64,000 bases of DNA from Phyllobates terribilis (taxonomy: Eukaryota): the NCBI RefSeq assembly GCF_046119375.1, contig NW_027362763.1:470518001-470582000 (forward strand). The letters are read 5' to 3'. Position 1 is the first letter of the stretch; each line of letters opens with the position of its first letter. The notes under the pieces were generated by a model. It did not search any database and had not been told where the DNA came from. It worked only from the letters and a program-made list of their open reading frames with translations. The position numbers and the translations under genes are program-made. Below, in pieces: positions 10,583-23,001 of the stretch.

Positions 10583-13500
10583 ATGGAATGTGCTGGGACC
10601 AGGCTCCCATCTGATTAGACCATGTACCAAGAGCTCTGCCGACAGAAAGGCGTGCAGGAGAAGTTGACAATGCAGTTACAGTCTTTGACTACCAAGCTGG
10701 AGTCTTTAAACATCTCACCTCAGTTCTCCCATGTGCAAGCAGCCCTGTCGACTTCGGGACCTTCTCCCTCTGTTTGTTTTGTCCAAGGTTCAGGACCCTG
10801 ACTTTCAGCCCCACCACGCTTTGATGGCAATCTGAAGCTGTGCCGGGGGTTCATTAATCAGTGCCGGTTACATTTTGAACTTATTCTTCACTTCTTCCCG
10901 TCGGACCAAACAAAGGTGGCATTCCTGATGTCGCACCTTGGAGGCGAGGCCCTGGCATGGTTAAATCCATTATGTGAAAGAGAAGATATGATCATCTCCA
11001 ATTTGCTAGCATTCTTATAGGCTTTTCGTAAAGTATTCAATGAACCTGGGCGAACCACTTCTTTGGCTTCCGCTCTTCTCTGTTGATGCCAGTCCAGCTC
11101 ATCGGTGGGACAATACGTTGTACGCTTCTGCACTCTGGCATCCGAACTCGGCTGGAATAATGAGGCGCTGGTGGCGACGTTCTGGGAGGGGATTTCCGGA
11201 AATATTAAGGATGAGCTAGCCGGTCAAGATCTACCAACTACCATCTACCAACTACTATCAAGGACCTGATCTCCCTCTCCATCCGTATAGACCTTCGTTT
11301 CCAGGAGTGTTTCTAGGAGGTGGCAAGAGAGGATCGTGGCGTCTGGCTCCATCCTTCCAAAGGCTGCTTGTTCCTCCGCTGTCCCCTGCCGTGAGTGGCT
11401 TCTCCTGAGCCCATGCAGGTTGACCGCTTTGCTCTCGCTAAACAGCAAAAGAGGGATCGCCATGCTAAAGGTCAGTGCCCATTCTGTGGAGACATAGGTC
11501 ACTTTATTCGTGCCTGTCCGGTGAAGCCGGAAAACTCCAGCGTCTAGGGTTGGTAGGAGAGGCTTCCCTAGACAGAAAAGACACCTCTCTAACCCTGACC
11601 CTTACTGTGGCCGTGAGAACCGGTGAATCCCAGTTTATTGAGACTGTGTATTTGGATTCCGGAGCAGCAGAAATTTTATCCTCCAGGCTATAGTGGATCT
11701 CTTCCAAATCCCAGTTCATCCACTCCAAAACCCTCTGGCAATAACATCTGTTGATGGGAGAACTCTTCAGGAGATGGTTTGTCTGATCACTGTGCCACTC
11801 GAGGCCCGTATCGGGATGCTTCATACTGAGAAGATTGACTTCTATCTCCTTACCCACATATCTCATGCCTTTCTCTTAGGCCTAGCATGGCTACGACAAC
11901 ATGAGTCTGTGTTGAATTGGAGGACTGGAGAGGTGCTCCGCTGGGGACATTCCTGTCATGAGAATTGTATGGCCCCCGTACATCTGGCTAAGGCCCTGTC
12001 TTCTCCAGCGTCGCTGCCCGGTTTTCCGTCTGCCCATTGGTCCTTTGCTGATGTATTAGACAAAAAAAAAGCAGAGACTTTGCCGCCTCACAGGCCGTAT
12101 GACTGCCCTATTGACTTGATTCCCGGATCTACACCCCCTAGAGGCTGAATGTATCCTCTGTCCCCAGCTGAGACTCAAGCTATATCAGAATACACTCAGG
12201 AGAATTTGGCCAGGGGGTTCATTCAGAAGTCCTCCTCTCCCGCCGTGGCCGGGTTTTTCTTCATCAAGAAGAAAGACGGATCGCTCCGACCCTGTATAGA
12301 CTATTGGGGTCTTAACTAGATCGGGGTGAAGAATAAATATCCTATTCCACTAATCCCTGAGTTGTTTGATCAATTAAAGGGTACCAGGATCTTCACCAAA
12401 TTAGATTTAAGAGGTGCCTACAATCTAATCCGCATTCACCAGGGAGACGCGTGGAATATGGCCTTCAACACCAGGGACGGGCATTATGAATACTGAGTGA
12501 TGCCCTTCGGTCTCAGTAATGCACCAGCAGTTTTTCAAGAGTTCGTCAATGACATCTTCTGAGACCTGCTTTATTCCTGTGTTGTATATCTGAACAATAC
12601 TTTGGTATTTTTCCCAGATGTGGCCTCCCACAGACGAGCAGTTAGGCAAGTTCTTCAGTGTCTTGGGGAGAATCGACTCTACGCCAAGTAGGAGAAATGT
12701 GTTTTTGAATAGTCTGCCCTTCCCTTCTTGAGTTATGTTATCTCGGATACCAGACTCAGGATGTATCCTGAGAAAGTCTCTTCCATCCTTAAATGGCAGC
12801 TGCCCATTGGAGTCAAAGCAATTCAGAGTTTCCTTGGCTTTGCTAACTATTATCGACAATTCATTCCTCACTTCTCCACTTTTACAGCTCCCATCTCTGC
12901 CATGACCCGAAAAGGAGCCGATCCAAAGAACTGGTCCTTTGAGGCTGAGGAGGCCTTCCGCTCTTTGAAACTGTCCTTCTCCACCGCTCCCGTTCTGCAT
13001 CGTCTGGATTTGGACAAACAGTTCTTCCTAGAGGTGGACACATCCTCGTTAGTGGCTGGGGCTGGACTCACTCAAAAGTCTTCCTTGGGTTGCCAAGTGT
13101 CCTACGGTTTCTTCTCTAAGGCCTTCTCCACTCCAGAGCGTAACTACTCCATAGGTGACTGGGAGTTACTAGCCATTAATATGGCTTTGGAACAATGGCG
13201 ATACCTGCTGGAGGGCGCAGTCTATCCAGTGGTCAACTACACGGACTATAAGAATCTGGCGAATCTTTAGTCCGCTCAGAGATTAATCCATGCTAGGCGG
13301 TCTTTGTTTTTTGCCCACTTTAACTTTTTGTTACATTATAGGTCTGGTGACAAGAATATCAGAGCTGATGCCCTCTCTTGCTCATTTCTGTCCGGTGACC
13401 AAGAGGAGGATCCTCAATCGAACCGTCCAAGATGGTTACTGTCGCTCCAGTCAGCCTGCCGCGAATTCCCCCAGGAAAAACCCTTGTGGCCAAATACGAG

Positions 13501-14787
13501 AGGGAGCGAGTTTGGTCATGGGGCCACTCATCCAAGGTGTCTGGTCATGCAGGACAAAGGAAGACGCTACAATTGAATTCTCGCCACTACTGGTGGCCAT
13601 CCATGAGGAGAGAGATCTATGCCTATGTGGCTGCCTGTCCGATTTGTGCTCTCAATAAAGTCCTCATACAACTTCCTACCGTTTCTATCCTGCAGTTACC
13701 CGTACCATCTGGTCCATGGCAGCACATAGCAATGGACTTCATTACGGATTTGCCAATATCCAAATGCTGCACGCTGCACTGTCATCTGGGTAGTCGTATA
13801 TCGCTTCTCCAGATTAGCACATTTTACCCCGTTGTCTGCTCTTCCATCTGCTCCTGAACTGGCTGACAGCTTCATCAAACATATTTCCCATCTGTACGGA
13901 TTTCCTCATCACATTGTGTCCGATCAAGGTTCGCAGTTCACTTCCAGATTCTGGCAAGCTCTCTGTAAGCATCTGGATATCGTCTTAGACTTCTCCTCGG
14001 CCTATCACCCTCAGTCCAATGGGCAAGTGGAGCGTGTCAACCAGGTCCTGGGCAACTACCTGCGACACTTCGTCAATGCCAACCACAATGATTGGGTGAA
14101 ATTACTTCCCTGGGCTGAGTTCTCGTACAACATTCACGTTGGTGAAGGCTTGGAAGAGTCTCCTTTTTACATTGTTTTCGGTCGGCAACCCGAGGTTCCC
14201 CTCCCGGTGATGGTTCCTTCTGATGTTCCTGCAGCAGATGTCCTCTCCAAGGTTTTTTTAAAGTTGTGGGAGGACACCAAAGCCACTCTAGAAGTCTCCT
14301 CCACCCGTATGAAGAGACATGCAGACAAAAGGCGACTATATCCTCCGTGCTTCCGCTCTGGTGACAAGGTATGACTCTCGGCCACATACGTCCGGCTGAA
14401 AGTTCCATCTTACAAGTTGGGTCCTCGTTTTATCGGTCCTTTTGCAGTGCTGAAGCAGATCAACGAGGTCTTCTATAAACTGAAGTTGCCTCCTTCATTA
14501 CGGATTCCAAATGCTTTCCACGTATCTCTGCTGAAGCCGGTCGTTGTGCGCTCCTTCTTCAAGTATCCTGGTACCACACCTGCACCAACCGCCTCGGATG
14601 ATGTTTTTGAGGTGGAGAACATCTTGGCCATGAAGAAGGTGAGAGGCAAGACTTTCTTCCTTGTTGACTGGAAGGGATTTGGTCCCGAAGAGAGGTCCTG
14701 GGAGCCTAAGGAGAACATTCACGCTCCGATTCTCCTCTGGAACTTCCTCGATGGCCTCAAGAGGAGGGGGCGTAAAGAGGGGCTTAC
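10583..14787 (+). pseudogene. Gypsy B gag-pol (gag, protease, RT, RNase H, integrase, chromodomain)
   Basis: PPRFDGNLKLCRGFINQC (gag); YLDSGA (PR); MPFGLSNAP (RT); FFLEVDTS (RH); IVSDQGSQFTSRFW (IN); FEVENILAMKKVRGKTFFLVDWKGFGPEERSWEP (CHD). Many stops. Confidence 0.92.
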
Positions 14788-15413
14788 AGTTAGCGCAACG
14801 CCGGATCCCTGGTCTAACAAGCATGGTCTCTGGCATTTCACTTCACTCACCCATGCTGCGGCTGGTGCTTCCTTCCCCTGTGCTCTGCCTGCTTCCAGCA
14901 GGGCTTCCAGCTGTGTCCTTAGGACACGTGCACTCCCGCCCTCTTAAAGGGCCAGCGCGCTCACTTGCTATTATGCCCCAAGCCAATGGCTGTGGGACAT
15001 TACATATATATTTCTTCCTCCTTGACTGAGCAACCTTCCTGTTCTACAGTCTATGTTGTGAAGGTTGTGCACTAGCTCATGCTACCAAGCCTGCTGCACT
15101 CTGGTGCAAACAATCCTGCTGCACTCCAGTGCAAACCAAGCCTGCTTCACTACGTTGCAATCCTGCTGCACTCCAGTGCAATCCTGCTGCACTCCGGTGC
15201 AACCCAGCTTACCTGTCCTACTGGGTCCAGCTGCTGCACGTCCGCTGGTTTGTTTTGGAGTAGCACCTGGGCCACCTCCCTCGTCCCTCCTCGGATAACG
15301 GAGTCGTAAAGCAGCTGTGCTTCCGGGGTCGGATTTGACAAGGTCCCTAGTTATGCCCCTCAGGGCTCTCCTCGGTCCATGGCACAGTGGTTCCACATAC
15401 CACGTACGTGACA

Positions 15414-17463
15414 GTACGTGATAATTTTGGATCAATTTCCGGTAAAAATTAGTAAAGCCCAGAAAACGCTGTATAGCCTTTAGGTTCTTGGGATGGTTCC
15501 AATCAAGGACAGCACGGATCTTCTCCGAATCCATCCGAAAACCCGAAGATGACAACAGGTACCCCGAAAACTGCACCTCCTTGACAGCGAAAACACGCTT
15601 TTCTAGTTTGGCATATAGTTTGTTATCCATTAATATCTCAAGCACCTGTTTAACATGCCCACGATGTGTCTCAAAATCAGGTGAGTAAACCAAAATATCA
15701 TCCAGATAGACCACCACAAACCTGCCCACCAAATGATGGGAAATATTAATGAAATGTTGAAACACAATAGGTGCATTGGTCAAACCGAAAGGCATAACTA
15801 GACTCTTGAAATGTCCTTCAGGGGTATTGAATGCTGTTTTCCATTCATCCCCCTCTCTGATTCTAACCAGATTGTAGGCTCCAACTTGGAGAACACCTTA
15901 GCTCCCACAACCTGGTTGAACAAATCTGGAATCAGAGGAAGAAGGTCTGGACTTTGGTAGTTTAGCTCCGGGGGTCAGGTTAATAGGACAGTCATATGCA
16001 CGATGAGGAGGCAAATCCTGATACCCCCTCTCAGAAAAAACGTCCTCAAAACCAGACAAAAATGCAGGTAAGATCTCTGTAGAGACTGTAGAAAGGGAAA
16101 TGTCCAAACAGTTCTCATTGCAGTAATCTCCCCACTCAATGATCTCTTTGGATTGCTAATCCACCAACGGATTATGTTTCACCCAGGACAATTGGAGTGG
16201 GAAGACCGTCCAGGACATAGCAAGGGATTATTTCACAATGAACTGACCCCACTCTCAGTCTTACATTATGTACAATCTGAGTTAGAGCTTTCTGTGCAAG
16301 TGGCGCTGAGTCGATGGTGAAAATGGGAATGGGCTTAGCTAAAGTATAGCAAACAAGACCATGAGTTGTCACAAACTCAGCATCAACCATGTTGACTCCA
16401 GCTCCACTGTGAAAAACACAGAAATTTTCTCAGTCTTGCTCTCTTGCACCACCTCTGCTGTCAGGACAAACCGAGAACTGCAGGTTGATGATAAACGCAA
16501 CCCTTGATTATCCAACTCCAGACTACCAAGGGTTAATTGGGTTTCCTTTTGCTTAGGAATCAAGGAACAGACCCCAATAAAATGTCCCTTTTTTCCACAA
16601 AAAAAACACATGTCCTTTTTTCTGCGGATCTCAGGCGAAAAGTAAGATGCAGAGGCACCCCTTAACTGCATGGATTCTTCCACCTCCCCCTGTACTGGTT
16701 CAACCTCAGACCGCTCCCCCGGCAAAGGGGCATTACTCCGAAAAGAGGGCTCTGGAGAAAGTGGTCTCACCCACCTATCCCGAAGGTGTCTATCAACACG
16801 TATGGCCAAAGACAAGGCAGCCTCCAAGGACTCTGGGGTTTCATACACTGCCAAAGCATCTTTCAACCTTTCAGTAAGCCCCTGACAAAATTGGCTTCTG
16901 AGAGTCAGGTCATTCCATTTTGTATCAGTTACCCATCTGCCAAATTTGGAGCTATAAGTCTCTACTGACCGATTCCCCAGCTGAAGGCGACGCAGCCTGG
17001 ACTCAGCCAAGGAGATTTGGTCAGGGCCATCATAGAAAAAAATAACCTCCACAGACTGGAGACAAACCAAACCCTGCCGCAAAGAGAAAGCCCAGGATTG
17101 AAGATCTCCTTGCAGTAGTGAGATCACAATCCCCACTCGCCGCTCCTCACCTCCAGAGGAGTAAGGACGAAGTTTAAAATATAGTTTGCAAGCTTCCTTG
17201 AACACAAAAAACTTGTCCCTACCTCCTGAAAAACTGTCCGGGAGGGCAACCTTGGTTTCAAGCTGGACCAGCCTACCGTCAGAGACCCCAACATTAGGGA
17301 CATGCAGCAGCTGTTGCTGCTGCTGAACCTCATAGCGGAGGTCAGTCACCTCCAGAGACAGCCTGCGCAGCTGCTCTGCAGGTCTGCAACAGAATCCATG
17401 AACCAAGGGAGAAAGAAAAAAAAACACATCCGAAAAAAAAGCCCCACACACAAATAAAACCAC
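15414..17463 (-). pseudogene. Gypsy A gag, protease and RT
   Basis: LPDSFSGGRDKFFVFKEACKLYFKLRP (retrotransposon gag); CFFCGKKGHFIGVC (CCHC); MPFGLTNAP...YLDDILVYS (RT). Confidence 0.92.
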
Positions 17464-17504
17464 GTGTCAGTTTTTTTTTTCTATTTATGCACGGCCAGTG
17501 ATAA

Positions 17505-18079
17505 TGTCGCGCAAGGTGTGGGAAAGACTTAGTGCAACAAGAAGGGAAGAGGGGGAGTAAGCCCAAACACTAGGGAAAGGGGGAGTGGAGACTCCTAGGC
17601 AGATCTAATATTACCCTGCCTACCCTACCATCCCTATATAGGTTCCACACATATCGCCAAGCAGGACCCTAAGCCCTGGATGTCCCTAGAGCTTGGCCCT
17701 AGATAGGGAGGGGTGAGCACTGGTCAGGCCCCACTACAAACTAAGACAAGATGGTAGACAAACAAAGGGGATAAACTTAGCTTGAGCAGACACCAGAGGA
17801 GTAATGTCAACTGTCCTCCAAGGGACCAGAGAAGTAGCTAGCCAACTGCTAGTGCTCCAAGCCTGCACAAAGGTACATAGAAGTATCACCGGCAATTCCC
17901 TAGAGCAAACTGAGTGTTTTAAACTCCCAGGCAAAGGTGTGTCAATCAGAAACAGGAGGGAGGTCACAGCTGGGTCCTAAAGGAATAAGGATTAAGAAGG
18001 TGTCTGCAATGTCAAGCACAGTGACCTTCTACAACCTGATCCAGAGCGACTGTCTATTACAGCTGACACACCCATGACA
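17505..18079 (-). repeat. Gypsy A 5' LTR (575 bp)
   Basis: TG...CA termini (plus strand tgtcgc...catgaca), adjacent to a non-tRNA PBS (minus strand TTATCACTGGCC). Confidence 0.88.
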
Positions 18080-18743
18080 ACAGTACACTCTAAAGACAGT
18101 GAAGCATGGTGGTGCAAGCATCATGATATGGGCATGTTTATTTTACTATGGTGCCGGACCTATTTACCGTATACCAGGGATCATGGACCAGTTTGCATAT
18201 ATTAAAATACTTGAAGAGGTCTTGTTGCCTTACGCTAAAGAGGATATGCCCTTGAAATGGGTGTTTCAACAAGACAACGACCCTAAACACACCAGTAAAC
18301 AAGCAAAATCTTGGTTCCAGTCCAACAAAATTGAGGTTATAGATTGTCCAGCCCAATCCCCAGACCTTAATCTGACAGATCACTTGTGGTATGACATCAA
18401 AAATGCCGTTTCTAAGGCAACGCCAACAAATGCCAAGCAATTGTGGGATGTAGTCAAAGCATCCTGGGCTGGAATAACAGTTGACAAGTGCCATAAGTTG
18501 GTTGACTCTATGCAACATGCATGCATGCAAGACAAATGCAGACACTGCTATTTTTTAGAACAGCCCAATGTTAATTTTTTGCTGTTTTCTGTAAAGTAGT
18601 TAAAAATTCTATACATTTCTCTTCATGTTTTGAATTAGAAAACAGTGTGCAATGTTCCCAATGCATGGAAATAAAAACTAGTATAAAGATTTTGTGCTTA
18701 ATTCATGTTTTTGAACACATTGTTTTTATTTTGAACACTACTG
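18080..18743 (+). pseudogene. Tc1-family transposase, 3' half, and 3' end; continues 6521-7084
   Basis: QYTLKTVKHGGASIMIW...FQQDNDPKHTS...AQSPDLNL resumes where the 5' half stops (RRPPNS). Ends ttgaacactactg, typical of a Tc1 TIR. Confidence 0.9.
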
Positions 18744-21700
18744 TGTATATATATGTTTTGTTTTATTTTAGTCCCGCTTGGGAACTTGCATTTCAATGAG
18801 CTTGATCACACACATAATAAGCTGCAGTACTTCTTTATTGCAGTGTGTTGAGCCTGTCAGTCTAGTATTGACTTACTATTAAGCAGGGTGTAATAGGAGG
18901 ACAATTATGGGAGCCATTGTAATTAAATGCTACCTTGTGCTGTAAAGACCGGAGGTCCGAGAGAGATCCAGTGAGTCACAAACTGAGACAGAGACAGAAA
19001 TAAACAACACTTTACTAAAACAGGGATTAGACTAAAATTCAGTATTGCATGAATCAATCTCAGGTTCTACATGGGACACTGTCTCTACTAACTACACACA
19101 ATCAGCAAAAGCTGAAATCAATGTGCCAATCTCAAGGTTTCCAGTTTATGTGAATTATACTAAAGACCTGGAGCAATTTTACATAAACACTGTGTCAATC
19201 TAGTGTGGGTGTTCTATAGGGACCCCTGAGATGGCACACTGAGTACAATCCTACCACTATTAACAATAACAATGCATGAAACTATACCAATTGCTCTTAT
19301 ACCCCTATTATAGGGATACCTGGATATCTTACAGTTACGGTACCGTTAACCTCAGATGTGGTCTATCACAGGCCTGTGAATCGCGGTGGCTGCAGCTAGT
19401 CCAGGAAAACTTTGGCGCCAAGTAAAAAGCAATGTTTACAAAAACAGCAAAGGTTCCTTGTCATGTCGGCCGATGCCGAGCCCACACGCCGAGGACTTTA
19501 GTCCTGTAGCCTCAGATTAAGGTGTGGGAAGAACTCTTCACAAGGCTTGTCAGTATCCTCTCAATGTGAATGGCACCGGACCCCATCTCTCCTCTCGCAG
19601 TCACTCACTGTTTTCCAGACCACTGACCACGCGCTCCATCACAGAGATGATATCCTCAGTCTCTTTCCCGCTCACTCGACACTTGGCTCGTTCAGCACAA
19701 TGTCTCTAGTCCACTCAGCATGGACTTTCACAAAACTCCAAAGAGCCACACAGCTTTCCCCAGCTCAGCACTCGTTCTTAAGCAGAGACACAGCTTCACC
19801 AGGGCCAGGGGTTAACAACGCCCACAGGAAAGCTTGTAGAGAGAGAGTCTTGTTGCAGTTCAGTCCTCACAGTTCCCCTCAGACTCCCTGTCCAGCGTCT
19901 CACACAGCAGACACTTTCAGAACACACAGGGTCCCCTATTCTGCTCCTGCTCTGAGCTCAGCCAGGCAAAACCTACAGGGTCCTAATGCTTTCCTACTGC
20001 TATAACAGTTCACACTCTCACATGCCACCCCACTAGAGGTTGGAGTCCTCGACACACCTCCCCAGTCAAAGTCGTCTTGTGCATAGCGCTGTGGGTGTAT
20101 ACCCACCATAGCTCGAGTAGTTCTCCTGAGACCCACCCCAACAGGCTTGGTCCCCGAGGGGGAGAAGTCTTTTCAGTCTTATCATCAGAGGGAGCCAATG
20201 AGGCTGCTCCCTCCTGAGGTGTGGCGCCCTGTGCCACATTATCCAGGTCAGGTAACTGACCTGATTCCCTGTTGTCTGAAGGACATACCACATGCTCAAC
20301 ACTCTCTCCACAAGGGGACAGATTGATCGCACGGGACAAGTAAGCAGGACCAGAGGGAGACTCACCATCAAATTCAAGAGAATTAGGAATGCCCACAACT
20401 CGGGACACGGCCTGTGGTTCCGTGGGAATGGGGACAGCATCTTCAAACCAGCACCGTTGTAGCATGTTATGATGAAGATTACGGGTTGGTCCCCCTGTCC
20501 CCACCGGCTCGACCTTGTACAGTGGAATGTCAGGGCTCACCCGTTTTTTTACCAGGTACGGAGTCGCCTCCCATCGTTCACTCAGCTTTCCGGACCGTCG
20601 TTTGATTCTCACCAACACTCTATCCCCCAGGGAGAAAGGCTCAGCTTGCACGTGACACGTGTCCCTGACTGAGTCGATCACCCACCATCTGATGCACCAC
20701 CCTTAATCGCCACCAGTGTTCTCAAACCCATTTTGATGTGGTCTGAGGGGGATTGGAGGAGGGACCTGGCATGCTCAAATCCTCAATGTCCCGCCCTGGC
20801 CTCCCGAACATCAACATGTGTGGTGAGTAGCCAGTAGTTCTGTGCACTCTATTATTGTAGTTCCACATCAATTCGGGGAGATACTCAGGTCAGCGTACCT
20901 GCTGTTTACCCTCTAATGTCCTCAACATTTGCAACAGAGTCCGATTAAAGAGCTCACGAGCTTCGTTACCTTGGGGATGGTACGGTGTAGTTCTCGACGG
21001 TGCGATACCATACAGCTGGTACAGCTCCTTCAGCAATGCCCCATGGAAACATGCCCCTTGATCCGAGTGTATTCTTTGCGGACACCCAAACACCTGGATG
21101 AAATGTCGACACACGGCCTCAGTCGCCGACTCCGCCATCTGATCTCTTGTCGGCACTGCTACAGCATACTTGGAGAAGTGGTCTGTCATTACCAAGCAAT
21201 AGGAATACCCCGAGGTTGAGTATCCTATCAAGGCATAGTCAATCATGAGCAGCTCTAAGGGACCGCAGCTCAGAGCTTTTACTGAGCCCACAGACCCGAC
21301 ACTGCCAACACGCCTCTGTCACCTTCCCCCCCAATTCAGGACAATAGAGGACTCGCTGTAGCCACTGGAGTGTCTTTTCACTCCCAAAGTGGGCCCCCTT
21401 CTCATGCGCTTCGCGAGTGACCACCGGACCCATCCGCATAGGGATTACTAGCTGGTACCGGTGCTGCAACTCAGATAGCAGGTACACCTTACGGTACAAG
21501 AGGCCCTGTTCCACACACAACTTATCCCACTGTCGCAGTAGTTTCATTCCTTTCGTGGACAGCTGGGCCTTGTCCTCTGCATGCGGCCAGACCCCTTTTT
21601 GTACCCAATTGCGCACTAGTGCAATGTCTGATCAATCGCTCTGGTCTTTCGCCCAATCCGAGGGTGTTTTTCCCAGAACACACGGCATTCCTGACGCCAC

Positions 21701-23001
21701 CCCACTTGAATGTACCACTTTTCGGAAGATAGGTACCTGCCCCAAGTCAGGGGTTTCAGTGTCCTCAAGCTGGTCATCAACATTTTCCCCCGAGGACCCA
21801 AGGGGCACCCTTGAGAGTGTATCCGCATTTCCGTTTTCCCACCCAGAGCGAAACTTAATTCGATAGTTAAACTTAGCAAGGCGTGCGACCCACCGCTGCT
21901 CCACCGCTCCCAGTTTTGCGTTTTCTTGGTGAGCCAGAGGGTTATTATCAGTCATGACTAGCACCTCAGCTCCTGTTAAATACTCGGCAAAGCGTTCTGT
22001 CATCGCCCACACCAGGGCCCGTAGTTCTAGGCGAAACGAGCTGTAGTTAGCTGGGTTGCGTTCAGTGTCTCTTAAAGACCTGCTGCCATAGGCGATTACT
22101 CGCTCCTGACCATCCTGCTCTTGTGCTAGTACTGCCCCCAGCCCATGCAGACTGCCATCAGTGTATAACAGGAAAGGGTAATCAAACAATGGAGAACTCG
22201 TTAGGGCGGCCTTCACCTGCTCAAATGCCTTTTGCTGCTAGGGTCCCCATGGGAAGAGGCGATTTTGGGGGCCCTGTGCCGTCCCTCTTAAAAGCTCATT
22301 CAGGGGACTCACTACTTGTGAAAACATAGGTACAAATCGCCGATAGTACCCCGCTAAACCCAAGAAGGCACGAACCTCTCGCAGGGTATGGGGAGGTGGC
22401 CACTCCTGCACGACCGTTACCTTACTGGTCGCAGGCAGCACCCTGTCCGGAGTCACCACATGGAATAAAAATACTCAATCTGACTATGTAACAGTTGGCA
22501 CTTGTTTGGTTTTATTTTTAGGCCGTAACAACTGAGCCACCGGAGAACTTGACGTAACTTCTCAAGATGGTCTTCAAATGAGGTCCTGAACACCACAATG
22601 TCATCTAGATATATCAGGACTGATTCAAAATTCAGATCGCATAAGCAATGTTCCATCAGGCGTTGGAACGTTCCCGGGGCGTTAGTGAACCCGAAGGGCA
22701 TCCGGTTGAATTCATAGAGCCCCATTGGTAGGACAAACGCCGTCTTGGCCCGATCTTTTTTGGCCATTGGTACCTGCCAATACCACTTGCTAAATCCAAC
22801 TTGCATCCCGCACCGTGTGAGCATTCAATTTGCGATAGTACACACAAAACCGAAGGGCCCCATCCTTCCTCCGCACCAAGACCACAGGGGCTGCCCAGGG
22901 GCTCTGGCTCTCTTGGATCACTTGGTTGTCAAGCATACTGGCCACCATGTGCTTCACCTCTTGATAGCGCGTCGGGGGAATTTGACGATAACATTCCCTA
23001 A

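Larger units (their letters stand above)
9820..15413 (+). mobile_element. Gypsy B: decayed chromovirus nested in the RT of Gypsy A
   Basis: LTRs at 9820-10569 (tgttagcg...cgtgaca) and 14788-15413 (agttagcg...cgtgaca). Purine tract aagagggg precedes the 3' LTR. No TSD identifiable. Confidence 0.93.
7691..18079 (-). mobile_element. Gypsy A: decayed Ty3/Gypsy chromovirus (Tf1/sushi-like), interrupted by Gypsy B
   Basis: Homologous LTRs at 7691-8047 and 17505-18079, both ending cccatgaca (minus-strand TGTCATGGG start). PPT GAACGGGGGGTAC at 8048-8060. Domain order on the minus strand is gag-PR-RT-RH-IN-chromodomain. Confidence 0.93.

Noticed and set aside
11525-11550. Frameshift site G GAA AAC in Gypsy B
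   Set aside because: Imperfect heptamer in a heavily mutated copy; frame relationships are unreliable.
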